A program made the position numbers and the translations under genes. Positions 27,468 through 37,267 of a stretch of 64,000 bases of DNA are shown here, in pieces. Source of the stretch: Candidatus Cloacimonadota bacterium (lineage in GTDB: Bacteria > Cloacimonadota > Cloacimonadia > JGIOTU-2); contig JBNGBT010000003.1 of NCBI GenBank assembly GCA_049903315.1, positions 96,001-160,000 of the forward strand. The letters run 5' to 3'. How positions within the stretch are numbered: position 1 is the first letter of the stretch; every line of letters starts with the position of its first letter. Below the pieces are notes generated by a model. The model worked only from the letters and a program-made list of their open reading frames with translations, searched no databases and was not told where the DNA came from.

Positions 27468-28922
27468 ATGAAAAAAGTCGAATTCACTTTGAATAATCTA
27501 GATGAAGTCTTCCCCGACGACTTCACTGAAGAACAGAAAGCTCGGGCGAAAACAATTTTTCTAAAAAAACTCGCTGAATTATCCCACCGTTTTTATAATG
27601 GTAAAATACAGACTGTGCCGAAAGCCGCAGTTTTTGGTTTCAACTGGTTCAATGTGTGGTACACCCCAGGCGTGTCTAAAATATCAACAGCTATTCGTGA
27701 TGATAATGACACTTCTTTTGAGCTTTCAAACAGAGGTAATCTCGTTGCAGTGGTGAGTGATTCAACACGTGTGCTGGGAGATGGTGACTGTACTCCTCCG
27801 GGAGGGCTCGGAGTTATGGAAGGAAAAGCATTTCTGATGAAATATCTCGGCGGTGTTGATGCTGTGGCACTTTGCGTGGATAGTTATAATGACAAAGGTG
27901 AGCACGATCCAGACAAGATCATCGAATTTGTCAAGATGTGCCAGCCCAGCTTTGGAGCGATCAATCTGGAAGATATTTCTCAGCCGAATTGTTACAAAGT
28001 GCTTGATACACTTCGTGAAGAATGCTACATTCCTGTATGGCATGATGATGCCCAGGGTACTGCCTGCGTAACGCTCGCGGGTCTTATCAATGCACTGAAA
28101 CTTGCGGGCAAGAAGATCGGAGATGTCCGAATTACTATGCTCGGCGCAGGTGCTTCCAATACAACGATCGCCCGAATAATCATTGCTGCCGGCGGCGACC
28201 CGAAGAAGATGATTATGTTCGATTCCAAGGGCGGACTGCACACAAACAGAGAAGATATCAAAGCCGATAAACGGTTCTACCGCAAATGGGAACTCTGTGA
28301 AAAAACTAATCCCGGCAAGATAAATGATATTGCGGAAGCCTGCAAGGGCGCTGATGTGCTTATTGCTCTTTCCAAACCGGGTCCCGACACAGTAAAGCCC
28401 GAGTGGATCAGGTCGATGGCTGAGAAATCAATCGTCTTTACCTGCGCGAATCCAGTGCCGGAAATATACCCCTACGCTGCGAAAGAAGCAGGAGCATTCA
28501 TCGTCGCAACAGGGCGTGGTGATTTTCCGAACCAGGTGAATAATTCAATCGGATTCCCCGGTATTTTAAAGGGTGCGCTCATGGTTCGTGCACGAAAGGT
28601 GACAGATGAGATGGCGATCGCTGCAGCATATTCTCTTGCAAACTATGCGGAGAAACGCGGCATTGATCCAGAAAATATTGTTCCTACAATGGATGAAGCG
28701 AATGTCTTTCCGGAAGAAGCCGCCGATGTCGCAATGCAGGCTATTAAAGATGGTGTTGCCAGAGTAACAATGACCCGGGAAGAAGCCTTCAATATAGCAA
28801 AAAGAGATATTGAACATGCCCGAAAACTCACAGCTTCACTTACTGAGAATGGTTTTATCAAATCCCCTGACCAGGACATGCTTCAGGATGCGCTCAAATG
28901 GGCTATTGGGCAGGTTCAGTAA
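27468..28922 (+). CDS. NAD(P)-dependent malic enzyme
   Basis: YTPGVS, VMEGKA, INLEDI, HDDAQGTA, GAGAS, ANPVPEI, ATGRGDFPNQVNN. Confidence 0.93.
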   Translation: MKKVEFTLNNLDEVFPDDFTEEQKARAKTIFLKKLAELSHRFYNGKIQTVPKAAVFGFNWFNVWYTPGVSKISTAIRDDNDTSFELSNRGNLVAVVSDSTRVLGDGDCTPPGGLGVMEGKAFLMKYLGGVDAVALCVDSYNDKGEHDPDKIIEFVKMCQPSFGAINLEDISQPNCYKVLDTLREECYIPVWHDDAQGTACVTLAGLINALKLAGKKIGDVRITMLGAGASNTTIARIIIAAGGDPKKMIMFDSKGGLHTNREDIKADKRFYRKWELCEKTNPGKINDIAEACKGADVLIALSKPGPDTVKPEWIRSMAEKSIVFTCANPVPEIYPYAAKEAGAFIVATGRGDFPNQVNNSIGFPGILKGALMVRARKVTDEMAIAAAYSLANYAEKRGIDPENIVPTMDEANVFPEEAADVAMQAIKDGVARVTMTREEAFNIAKRDIEHARKLTASLTENGFIKSPDQDMLQDALKWAIGQVQ

Positions 28923-29066
28923 AACACTTACTCAGATTTCGCGGTAGATATCATTAAAGATTAATATAATGTTTTGTGTAATACTCAAACTGAAATTGAA
29001 TTTCTAATTACAAATATCTAATTTCTAATAGAATATCAAATAAGAAATGACAAATGTTAAATAGAA

Positions 29067-29243
29067 AAGGATTTCGAATATAAAATAGGTATTTGCAAAA
29101 AGTGGGCTAAAGATTCAATACATTTGTTAGGGATGTTTTTAAAAGCAGTTCAACAATTACAGGAAGAAGCAAAAATTTATTGGTAAAAAGCTAACGGGGT
29201 AAATTTAATTTTTTCATCAATTGTAATTAAATCAAGGAAGAAT
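29067..29243 (+). pseudogene. Remnant (C-terminal half) of a four-helix-bundle / 23S-IVP-like protein gene
   Basis: Manual translation KDFEYKIGICKKWAKDSIHLLGMFLKAVQQLQEEAKIYW*KANGVNLIFSSIVIK (TAA at 29184-29186), flanked by ATTTCTA and complementary heptamer arrays. Confidence 0.7.
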
Positions 29244-29316
29244 TTTTTTTTTTTTGGCATTTAAGTTTTAGTTTTAATTTGTAATTAGAAATTTGGATTT
29301 AGGAATTATTTTATGT

Positions 29317-29733
29317 TTATTCTTCCTTCACAACAACAGTTCCTGCAATAAGGTCATGAAATCCCTGGTGCTTTTTTGTAAAAAGAATGAGAAGTATTCC
29401 CAGTCCTCCAAAAAGGATGGAAAATATTTTCACAAAAAATCGAACAAAAGCTCTCATAAAAGTAATCCTTGCGTCGTCATGACTGTCCTGCACCCGGATG
29501 CCAATGAGCATTTTTCCAAAAGTACCCTGAAGAGGAGAGCATTCTAACGTACATTCATAAAGGATGATAATGATTATGTACATAATAATGTGTGTGTCAA
29601 ATATAAAACCCCAAGCATCTTGAAAGAAGATGCAGAATTCATCACACAAATAATAGAGTATTATAAGGAAGGGGAGATCAAGTACGAATGCGGCGAATCT
29701 TCGAAATATGCTTGCGTAAATTACTGTGCTCAT
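29317..29733 (-). CDS. RDD family membrane protein
   Basis: YASIFRRFAAFVLD, GTFGKMLIGIRV, QGFHDLIAGTVVV. Confidence 0.88.
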   Translation of the reverse strand: MSTVIYASIFRRFAAFVLDLPFLIILYYLCDEFCIFFQDAWGFIFDTHIIMYIIIIILYECTLECSPLQGTFGKMLIGIRVQDSHDDARITFMRAFVRFFVKIFSILFGGLGILLILFTKKHQGFHDLIAGTVVVKEE

Positions 29734-29840
29734 TCTCTCTCCATAAAATCAAACTCATATTATTTTCCTTTTAGACCACCGTCAATCATTGCTTTATTGT
29801 TTATATACCAGATAGATAAAGTTTAAATTCTTTGTCAAAT

Positions 29841-29871
29841 AAAAAACGGCTCGAGGATGAACCCGAGCCGT
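29841..29871 (-). terminator. Rho-independent terminator of the FadL-like gene
   Basis: ACGGCTCG...CGAGCCGT stem with a left A run. Confidence 0.75.
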
Positions 29872-29893
29872 AGAGACAGAATTAAATTTTAAA

Positions 29894-31168
29894 TTACATT
29901 AAGCCCATTCCAATAGCAAGATTGAAAGCAAAGATGTCGAGTTTGTGCTTACCGGGCATATTATGTGTGGATAAGGTTACATCACGTTCTTTACCCATAA
30001 GATATTCAAAACCGAGATCAATATCAAATTTACCAGCGCAGAAACCAAGTCCGCCAGTTACAACATTGTTTGTGGAGGAAGGGAAAAGGATTGTAAGAGT
30101 TTCATCCGGAGCCGGTGCGGGATCATAATAATAACCTGCACGAACGGCTAATTTCTCACTCGCCATGTATTCAAGACCGAAGCGTAACTGAGTACAATCT
30201 TTCCAGTCAAGAACAAAAGTGTCGTCACCTGTTGCTGCAGTTACAGCTTTCCAAACTGGATCTTTGAAATCAGTGTGGAATTCTTTTTCGCTTTTTGCCC
30301 ATTGACTATATTGTGCATCAGCAGTAATGGTCAATTTATCCATTGGCTTTACCGCGATACCAAAAGCTGCCCAAAGAGGCCATGCAACATCGCGATCAAA
30401 ATCAGTAGTTGCGAGTCCACCCTGTGCTTGCATGAGTGCATTTTCAGCTTCACCACTCATGGTAACTTTGATTTCCGTACGTGCACTCACGCCAAATTGG
30501 ATCATGTCTGATAGTTTGCAGAGCAATCCACCGGAAACACCAAAGCCAGTACCGGTTGAAGATTCTGTATATTGAACCCCATGAAGACCAGTAGAGTCAG
30601 TATAGGTGGAAGGTCTTTTCATATCAAACATACCATAGAAGATATTACCTGTGAGTCCAAATGAGAACATGTCGTTGATCTTGTAGGCAACTGTGGGTGC
30701 AATGTCAATCACGGCGATCTTGGACATCCATTCGAGATCTCCACCGGAGATGGGAATAAGATCTGCGCCCTTATACTCGGCACCGAGACCAGCGGGAACA
30801 AAGATACCCAGACCGAGAGCAAGTTTGCCCATATTATAATTTGCGAAGAGATTCGGGCTTGCATAGTTATTTGCTTTAGTTTTTGCGTCAATAACGAAGT
30901 AATCAGGGGGATATCCGAAATCGGATGAATTTGCTTTGTAAGTACCGAATGGAATAATATCGGTACCAAAGGCATAGAGTGAGGAATTTTGTCCTGCCAA
31001 ACCTGCTGGATTCCAATAGATTGCAGTCGGGTCATCTGCAAGACCCACCATTGCTCCACCCATTCCTAATGCTCTTGGTCCTATGCTGTTCAGGCTGAGA
31101 CCATTTGCAAAGAGTGAAGTTACTGAGAAGATAGTAACGAGAAAGAGAACTAATAGTCCTTTTTTCAT
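29894..31168 (-). CDS. OmpP1/FadL family outer-membrane transporter
   Basis: NGLSLNSIGPRALGMGGA..ADDPTAIYWNPAGL; LRFGLEY, VRAGYYYDPAPAP. Confidence 0.88.
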   Translation of the reverse strand: MKKGLLVLFLVTIFSVTSLFANGLSLNSIGPRALGMGGAMVGLADDPTAIYWNPAGLAGQNSSLYAFGTDIIPFGTYKANSSDFGYPPDYFVIDAKTKANNYASPNLFANYNMGKLALGLGIFVPAGLGAEYKGADLIPISGGDLEWMSKIAVIDIAPTVAYKINDMFSFGLTGNIFYGMFDMKRPSTYTDSTGLHGVQYTESSTGTGFGVSGGLLCKLSDMIQFGVSARTEIKVTMSGEAENALMQAQGGLATTDFDRDVAWPLWAAFGIAVKPMDKLTITADAQYSQWAKSEKEFHTDFKDPVWKAVTAATGDDTFVLDWKDCTQLRFGLEYMASEKLAVRAGYYYDPAPAPDETLTILFPSSTNNVVTGGLGFCAGKFDIDLGFEYLMGKERDVTLSTHNMPGKHKLDIFAFNLAIGMGLM

Positions 31169-31397
31169 ACCTACTCCTTTCATTATTTTGATATAGGTTA
31201 TTCGAAAGAAAAATTCCCTAAAAATTTGTCAATAAATTTAGTTTCATTAAATTTCTGCTTATGTGTAAAATAGCTGAATATTATACCAAGAATGCAATAG
31301 ACGAAAAAAAGAGCTAATATTTGACAAGCAAAAAGCTGTTTCTTTAGGTATCAAAGGTGTCCAAAAATTTATAATTGAAAGAGGATAGGATAAAACT

Positions 31398-31796
31398 ATG
31401 ATAACAAAAATAAATCATATAGGAATTGCTGCTCGAAATCTTGATGAAGCGATAGAAACGTATAAAAATCTTGGATTTTCCATCATAAACAGAGAAATTG
31501 TTTCATCTCAGAAAGTGGAAGTGGCAATGATACAAATTGGAAAAAACTACATTGAGCTTCTCCAACCTACTGCGGAAGACAGCCCTATTGCAAAATTCCT
31601 TGAGCACAATGGACCCGGTATCCATCATCTCGCAGTGAGAGTCGATGATATTGAGAAAACATTACTCGAGTATGAGAAAAAGGGAATTCTAATGATCGAT
31701 ACGGTTCCACGCGAGGGTGCACACGGCACCAAAATTGCCTTTGTTCATCCAAAATCTACCAATGGAGTTTTACTCGAACTTTGTATGAAAGCTTAA
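31398..31796 (+). CDS. mce: Methylmalonyl-CoA epimerase
   Basis: INHIGIA, IELLQP...SPIAKFL..GPGIHHLA, PREGAHG.KIAFVHPKSTNGVLLEL. Confidence 0.92.
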   Translation: MITKINHIGIAARNLDEAIETYKNLGFSIINREIVSSQKVEVAMIQIGKNYIELLQPTAEDSPIAKFLEHNGPGIHHLAVRVDDIEKTLLEYEKKGILMIDTVPREGAHGTKIAFVHPKSTNGVLLELCMKA

Positions 31797-31840
31797 GAGT
31801 GAGGAAAGAAGAGGGGATGCATTTCGTTTCAAATGTATTA

Positions 31841-32012
31841 TAGCACACAGATTCGCGCTGATGAAGCAGATGAACGCTAAAAAATTTTATCTACGTTTAG
31901 TAGATAATGTTCCTGTTGATAAATCTCATTTCTTAATAAAAGTTGAAATATTTTAAAAAGCAAATTTATTATCGGCGGGAATCAGTTCTATCTGTGCTTA
32001 TCTGCGTTCTAT
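31841..32012. repeat. Inverted array of ~9-bp repeats (CGCAGAT/CGCTGAT-like) enclosing a degenerate core
   Basis: TAGCACACAGATTCGCGCTGATGAAGCAGATGAACGCT ... ATCGGCGGGAATCAGTTCTATCTGTGCTTATCTGCGTTCTA. Confidence 0.65.
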
Positions 32013-32048
32013 TCGCAGTTGTTCTTATCTGAAGGATAATTTGAGGAA

Positions 32049-32507
32049 TTACTCCAACCCGAGCAAGTACGCTATCTTATCCCAGGCTGCTTGACGTTTT
32101 TCTTCATAGCGGGTAAGATAACTTTCTTCACCTGTTTCTATATAATCTATTGCTGCATCACCTTCATCAATAAGAATATCGAACGCATCGATTATTTCGG
32201 TCACAAAGGTAATATCTTCACTGTTCATGATATTAGAATCGAGCAGTACATCGAGCTGGTATGATACTGCTTCGCACATACCCACGTATTCCAGGATCAT
32301 ATCTACAGTTTCAGTGTCTGTGTAAGCTTCAAAGTACCACGCATCGAGCGTTGAACCTATAGAGCTATAGGTAAGATACAAACCTTGAGCCGCTAACGCC
32401 CCAACGGACTCTAGTAATACCTGTGTGTCGTCATCATACGCGCTGAGCGAGGACGAAAAGGAAACAAGCAGTAGAACTGCTAATAAAGTGGTAAGAATTT
32501 TTTTCAT
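32049..32507 (-). CDS. Hypothetical secreted acidic alpha-helical protein
   Basis: Signal peptide MKKILTTLLAV...; GGGAGA RBS. Confidence 0.7.
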   Translation of the reverse strand: MKKILTTLLAVLLLVSFSSSLSAYDDDTQVLLESVGALAAQGLYLTYSSIGSTLDAWYFEAYTDTETVDMILEYVGMCEAVSYQLDVLLDSNIMNSEDITFVTEIIDAFDILIDEGDAAIDYIETGEESYLTRYEEKRQAAWDKIAYLLGLE

Positions 32508-32918
32508 GGCTTCTCCCGTGTTATAATTACTATTTAAGTATCATCATTGATGGAGTTATTTTTATGAACTCCCTGAGGATAATACGTTATTTTGGAATAA
32601 TAGTTTTTTACGTGTCAATGAAATAAAGCCTCAATAATCGGGGAATTTTAATAAACTTGATCACATGTAATTATACGGGTAATATTTTTATTGACATGTA
32701 AGTGCGGGTGAAATTGAAAAAATAGTGTAGGATCACTCAAAAAGAAAAATATAAGTGAGCACTCATAATCCAAGTCCATTATTCTACATAATTCACAGGT
32801 CAATCCTATTTAGGCAAAATGAAAGAACAGTAAATGGGCGATCGGTAATCCAAATGATTACGAATTCGATAGTTTCAGGAATTCGTGATAATCATTTATT
32901 ATAAGAAGAGGTCAAAAC

Positions 32919-34439
32919 ATGATACTTCATTACGAGTTTATAAAAAAGGCAAAGAAGCTTGGCAAAAAGGTCGCAATAAAAGACAGAACCCTGAATAAAG
33001 AAGTTACCTATGAGAAAGCGCTGATCGGGTCATTGATCCTGGCTAAAAAGTTCAACCAGTATGATGACGGTGACATCGGGGTGATGATCCCGACTTCAGC
33101 AGGTTGCGCTCTTACAGTTATCGGTATTCTCATGGCAGGGAAAGTACCAGTCATGATCAACTATTCCACAGGTGCTGCACACAATTGCAAATATGCACAA
33201 AAAAAATGCGGTTTCAAGACGATCATTACTTCACGAGCGCTTCTCGACAAAATCAAATGCCCTATGGTTCCAGGCATGGTCTGCCTTGAAGACATTATGA
33301 AAGGGATTACGCTCAAAGAAAAACTTGGTTCTGCCCTCAGGTCAAAACTCCCTGCATCAGCCATCATTGCCCGGCTACCAAGGAAGTTGCCGGATGACAA
33401 TATCGTGATCCTCTTTACAAGCGGCAGTGAAAAAGACCCAAAAGCCGTACAGCTGACACATAAAAATCTTGGGGCTAATATCAAAGCTCTGCGAGAAGTT
33501 TTTTCTCTGACCGAAGAAGATGTTTTTATGTCAATCCTTCCTCTTTTTCATGTCTTTGGCTTCAATGCAAATCTCTGGATGCCTTTAATGGTCGGCTGTA
33601 AGTCTGTAACATATGCGAATCCATTGGACTACAAGAAAATTCCTGCTATGATAAAAGAAGAGCAAGCAACGCTCATCGCAGCAACTCCAATCTTTTTTGC
33701 GGGATATTTAAAGGAGTCAAAACCGGGTGATTTTTTTTCACTTCGGATAGTGCTTCCGGGTGCGGATAAGACACCGGACTGGCTGCGGCAGGAATACCGA
33801 AATAAACACAATATTGAACTATACGAAGCTTATGGAACTACCGAAACAAGTCCGGGCATCTCTGCTAATACACCTGATGAAAACCGTCCCGGCAGTATCG
33901 GTAAACCTCTTCCCGGTGTTCAGGTAAGGATCGTGGATCTGAATACAGGAAAAATCCTGCCCTTTGGAAAAGAGGGGAAAATCCTGGTCAAAGGGGATAT
34001 GGTTATGAAGGGATATCTCAACGATATAGAAGAAACATCCCTGCGCATTGAAGATGGGTGGTACGATACCGGTGATATGGGTATGATGGACGAAGACAGA
34101 TACCTGTGGCATATGGGTCGGCTCCGACGCTTTGTGAAGATCGGTGGCGAGATGATCTCCCTGGTCCGGACGGAAAAAGTAATGGAAACACTTCTTCCAG
34201 AAGGCGTGGACTGCTGTGTGGTAGATGTGCCCGATTCCAGAAAAGGTGCAAGGATCATTGCTGCTGTCACAGAGAAGGTCGGGGAGAGAGCACTCATTCG
34301 TGAAATGGGTAAAAAGCTCCCCAAAATTGCGATACCTAAAACATTTGTAGTAATACCGGAACTGCCCAAAATGGGAACAGGTAAGATCAACTTCAGGGCT
34401 ATCACAGAAATGGTGAGAAGTTACGAAATAGAAAAATAA
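32919..34439 (+). CDS. AMP-forming acyl-ACP/CoA synthetase (resembles the stand-alone Aas synthetase domain)
   Basis: LFTSGSEKDPK, YGTTETSP, WYDTGD, RFVKIGGEMISL, PKMGTGK. Confidence 0.87.
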   Translation: MILHYEFIKKAKKLGKKVAIKDRTLNKEVTYEKALIGSLILAKKFNQYDDGDIGVMIPTSAGCALTVIGILMAGKVPVMINYSTGAAHNCKYAQKKCGFKTIITSRALLDKIKCPMVPGMVCLEDIMKGITLKEKLGSALRSKLPASAIIARLPRKLPDDNIVILFTSGSEKDPKAVQLTHKNLGANIKALREVFSLTEEDVFMSILPLFHVFGFNANLWMPLMVGCKSVTYANPLDYKKIPAMIKEEQATLIAATPIFFAGYLKESKPGDFFSLRIVLPGADKTPDWLRQEYRNKHNIELYEAYGTTETSPGISANTPDENRPGSIGKPLPGVQVRIVDLNTGKILPFGKEGKILVKGDMVMKGYLNDIEETSLRIEDGWYDTGDMGMMDEDRYLWHMGRLRRFVKIGGEMISLVRTEKVMETLLPEGVDCCVVDVPDSRKGARIIAAVTEKVGERALIREMGKKLPKIAIPKTFVVIPELPKMGTGKINFRAITEMVRSYEIEK

Positions 34440-34516
34440 AAAATATAAAATTACAAATTAAAAATGGAAGATTCGATTGGCTTATCACCAGCTCATCTTA
34501 ACAATCCATCGCACTA

Positions 34517-34545
34517 AAGGAGCACGACCAACGTCATGCTCCCTT
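34517..34545. terminator. Stem-loop between convergent genes (bidirectional terminator or decayed REP)
   Basis: AAGGAGCACGAC-CAAC-GTCATGCTCCCTT. Confidence 0.5.
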
Positions 34546-34571
34546 GAATAGTTATTTATTTTACAGGTTTC

Positions 34572-37253
34572 TTATTTGGGTTCGTTAACAACCTTCTCCG
34601 CATAGAAGCTGTCTTCAACCTTCTTCATGGTGAATCCCCGTGATCTGAACATGTGCAGCATGATATGATTATCTGCAAGGATGTTTGCATATATTTTCTG
34701 AATTCCTCTAGACTTTGCCAAATCAATAATATAATCGGTGAACTTATTACCAAGTCCCATATTTTGCCATGGGTCGGCAATGACAATAGCAAACTCAGCC
34801 GTTTCGTTGTATTGATCAGCGATCAGTCTCACAACGCCTGCCATCTTCTTCTTGCCGTTTTCTGTAACTTCAGCGATGATAGCTATTTCTCGGTCATAAT
34901 CAATCTGAGTATATCTTACAAGTTGATCATGAGAGATATCTTTAATAAGCTGGAAGAATCTGAACCGCTGTGTTCTCTCTGAAAAATTGGAAAACATCTC
35001 TTTTTCCAGAAACTCATCTTCGGGCTTGATAGGTCGGAGAACTGCCTTCTCCCCATTTTTCATGGTGAACTCTGTAATATATTCCGAAGGATAAGGAGAT
35101 ATCACCAGGTGCTTGTTGGGATATTCTTCTGTGACCTTGATGGAATCATCCAATATAACTTTGGCATCGAGGACAACACCTCCGCGTTCATCCACTCCAA
35201 AGGGATTAATATCTACTTCTTTGATCTGAGGGAAATCCATGAGCATGTAGGCAAATTTATAGAGAAGGAATTGGATGGAGGTTATGTCCGCTCCTGGCAT
35301 TCCTCTGTAGCCTTTGATCAGTTTATAAATCTTCGTGTCTTCTATGATCCTCATAGCAAGTGCCATGTTGAGTGGTGGCAAACCAATGGTCGTATCTTTA
35401 AATACTTCAACTGCTACACCACCCATACCAAAGACAATGGTTGGACCGAAGATCGGATCTTTCTTGCAGCCGATGAGCAACTCATATTTTCTCTTGAGCA
35501 TCTGCTCGACGAAGACCCCTCGAATATCAGCATCGGGAACCTTTTCTTTCGATGATTTTAATATTTTATTATATGCTTTACGCGCTTCTTCTTTATTTAC
35601 AATATTGAGTATCACTCCACCGACATCGGTTTTGTGCAGAATATCCGGGGACGCAATTTTCATAACAAGTGGATACCCGATCTTCTCAGCTAATTTGATT
35701 GCTTCTTCTTCTGTGTGTGCAAGCCCATTCTTTATTACGGGAATGTAATAATAATCCAGTAGCTGCTTTGCTTCAAACTCAGTCATCACAGTTCGATGAT
35801 CTGCAAGCACCTGTTCGATCAGTTTTTTGCTTTCTGCTCTTCTCGGCTTGAACTCATGAGGTATTTGTGAAGGTGTTTCATGCAGTATATCCAGATTCCG
35901 GGAATAGTTATACATATACATAAAGCATTTTACTGCGTCTTCCGGTGTCTGATAAACTGGGACTTGATTGTTTTCCAGGATTTGCCGTCCTTTTTCAATA
36001 TCATCAGCGCCCATCCAGGATGCCAGAACGGTTTTTCGACATTTTTTTGCTATTGCTGCAACTTTCATTGCAACGCCTGTCGGATCTGTCATTTCCTGTG
36101 GAGTAAGAATTACCAAGACTCCATCGACATTTTTGTCATTTGAGCATAGCTCGACAGCTTTTTCATATTGCTCGGGTCCTGCATCTCCAAGAACGTCAAC
36201 CGGGTTTCCCTTGCTCCAATTTGGTGAGAGGTGCTGGTTGAGTTCATTTATGGTATCATCAGATAGTTGAGCGATCTTACCGCCTTTTTCAATGAGAGTA
36301 TCTGTCGCGATAACGCCGGGACCGCCTGCATTCGTTATAATTGCGAGTCTATTACCGGCAGGTTTGTTCTGCGTGGCTAAGGATTGTGCTATATGGAATA
36401 ATTCATCAATTGTATTGACCCTGACGACGCCTGCTCTTTTGAATGCGGCATCAAACACAAAATCATTTCCTGCAAGACTTCCGGTGTGTGACATTGCTGC
36501 CTGCGCACCCTCAGAGCTTTTCCCTGCCTTGAGGACAATGATCGGTTTGTTACGTGCAAATGCTCTTGCTGCACTCATAAAACTTCGGGCATCTGTGAGC
36601 GACTCCATATAAATGACAATACTTGTCGTGAGCGGATCGCTGCCGAAGTAGTCTATCAGGTCATGAAAACTTACATCGATCATCGAGCCGATAGAAACGA
36701 AATGGCTGAATCCGACATTCTGATTTACAGACCAGTCCAGAATTGCAGTACAAAGTGCACCACTCTGTGAAATGAATGCAATTTTGCCCGGCAAAGCCAT
36801 CTTATTTGCAAAGCTCGCATTGAGATGGATCGAGGGTTTGATAAAACCAAGACAGTTCGGACCGATCAATCTCATGCCGTATTTTCTTAAACATTCAGTA
36901 ATTTGTTTTGTGAGTACTTTACCTTGTTTGCCTATTTCTGTGAAACCTGCGGAGATCAGAACGATGCCGGAAACTCCTGCTTGCCCGCATGCTTCGACGA
37001 TTGCCGGAACTGTTTTTGCGGGAGTTGCAATAATGGCAAGATCAACCTTGTCCGGAACCTCATCTATGCTTGCGTATGCCTTTACCCCAATAACGTTCGT
37101 ACGCTTTGGATTTATTGGATACACGATGCCGTCAAATCCTGATCCGATAATGTTGTTCATCAGAGAATATCCAACAGTATGCTCACGGGCAGTTGCCCCG
37201 ATCACAGCGATTACTTTTGGATTAAAAAGTTTGTCTAATTTCTTTGTAATCAT
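34572..37253 (-). CDS. NDP-forming acyl-CoA ligase-like domains fused to a C-terminal GNAT (Pat/YfiQ-type)
   Basis: IAVIGA, GPNCLG, SQSGA, SHTGSLAG, NPVDVLGDA, ATP-grasp HKTDVGGV, GNAT LRPIKPED...WQNMGLG. Confidence 0.9.
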   Translation of the reverse strand: MITKKLDKLFNPKVIAVIGATAREHTVGYSLMNNIIGSGFDGIVYPINPKRTNVIGVKAYASIDEVPDKVDLAIIATPAKTVPAIVEACGQAGVSGIVLISAGFTEIGKQGKVLTKQITECLRKYGMRLIGPNCLGFIKPSIHLNASFANKMALPGKIAFISQSGALCTAILDWSVNQNVGFSHFVSIGSMIDVSFHDLIDYFGSDPLTTSIVIYMESLTDARSFMSAARAFARNKPIIVLKAGKSSEGAQAAMSHTGSLAGNDFVFDAAFKRAGVVRVNTIDELFHIAQSLATQNKPAGNRLAIITNAGGPGVIATDTLIEKGGKIAQLSDDTINELNQHLSPNWSKGNPVDVLGDAGPEQYEKAVELCSNDKNVDGVLVILTPQEMTDPTGVAMKVAAIAKKCRKTVLASWMGADDIEKGRQILENNQVPVYQTPEDAVKCFMYMYNYSRNLDILHETPSQIPHEFKPRRAESKKLIEQVLADHRTVMTEFEAKQLLDYYYIPVIKNGLAHTEEEAIKLAEKIGYPLVMKIASPDILHKTDVGGVILNIVNKEEARKAYNKILKSSKEKVPDADIRGVFVEQMLKRKYELLIGCKKDPIFGPTIVFGMGGVAVEVFKDTTIGLPPLNMALAMRIIEDTKIYKLIKGYRGMPGADITSIQFLLYKFAYMLMDFPQIKEVDINPFGVDERGGVVLDAKVILDDSIKVTEEYPNKHLVISPYPSEYITEFTMKNGEKAVLRPIKPEDEFLEKEMFSNFSERTQRFRFFQLIKDISHDQLVRYTQIDYDREIAIIAEVTENGKKKMAGVVRLIADQYNETAEFAIVIADPWQNMGLGNKFTDYIIDLAKSRGIQKIYANILADNHIMLHMFRSRGFTMKKVEDSFYAEKVVNEPK

Positions 37254-37267
37254 AACTATTTTCCTTT

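Noticed and set aside
17734..32012. Short periodic repeats as CRISPR arrays
   Set aside because: Units are 7-9 bp with no unique spacers, and no cas genes are present.
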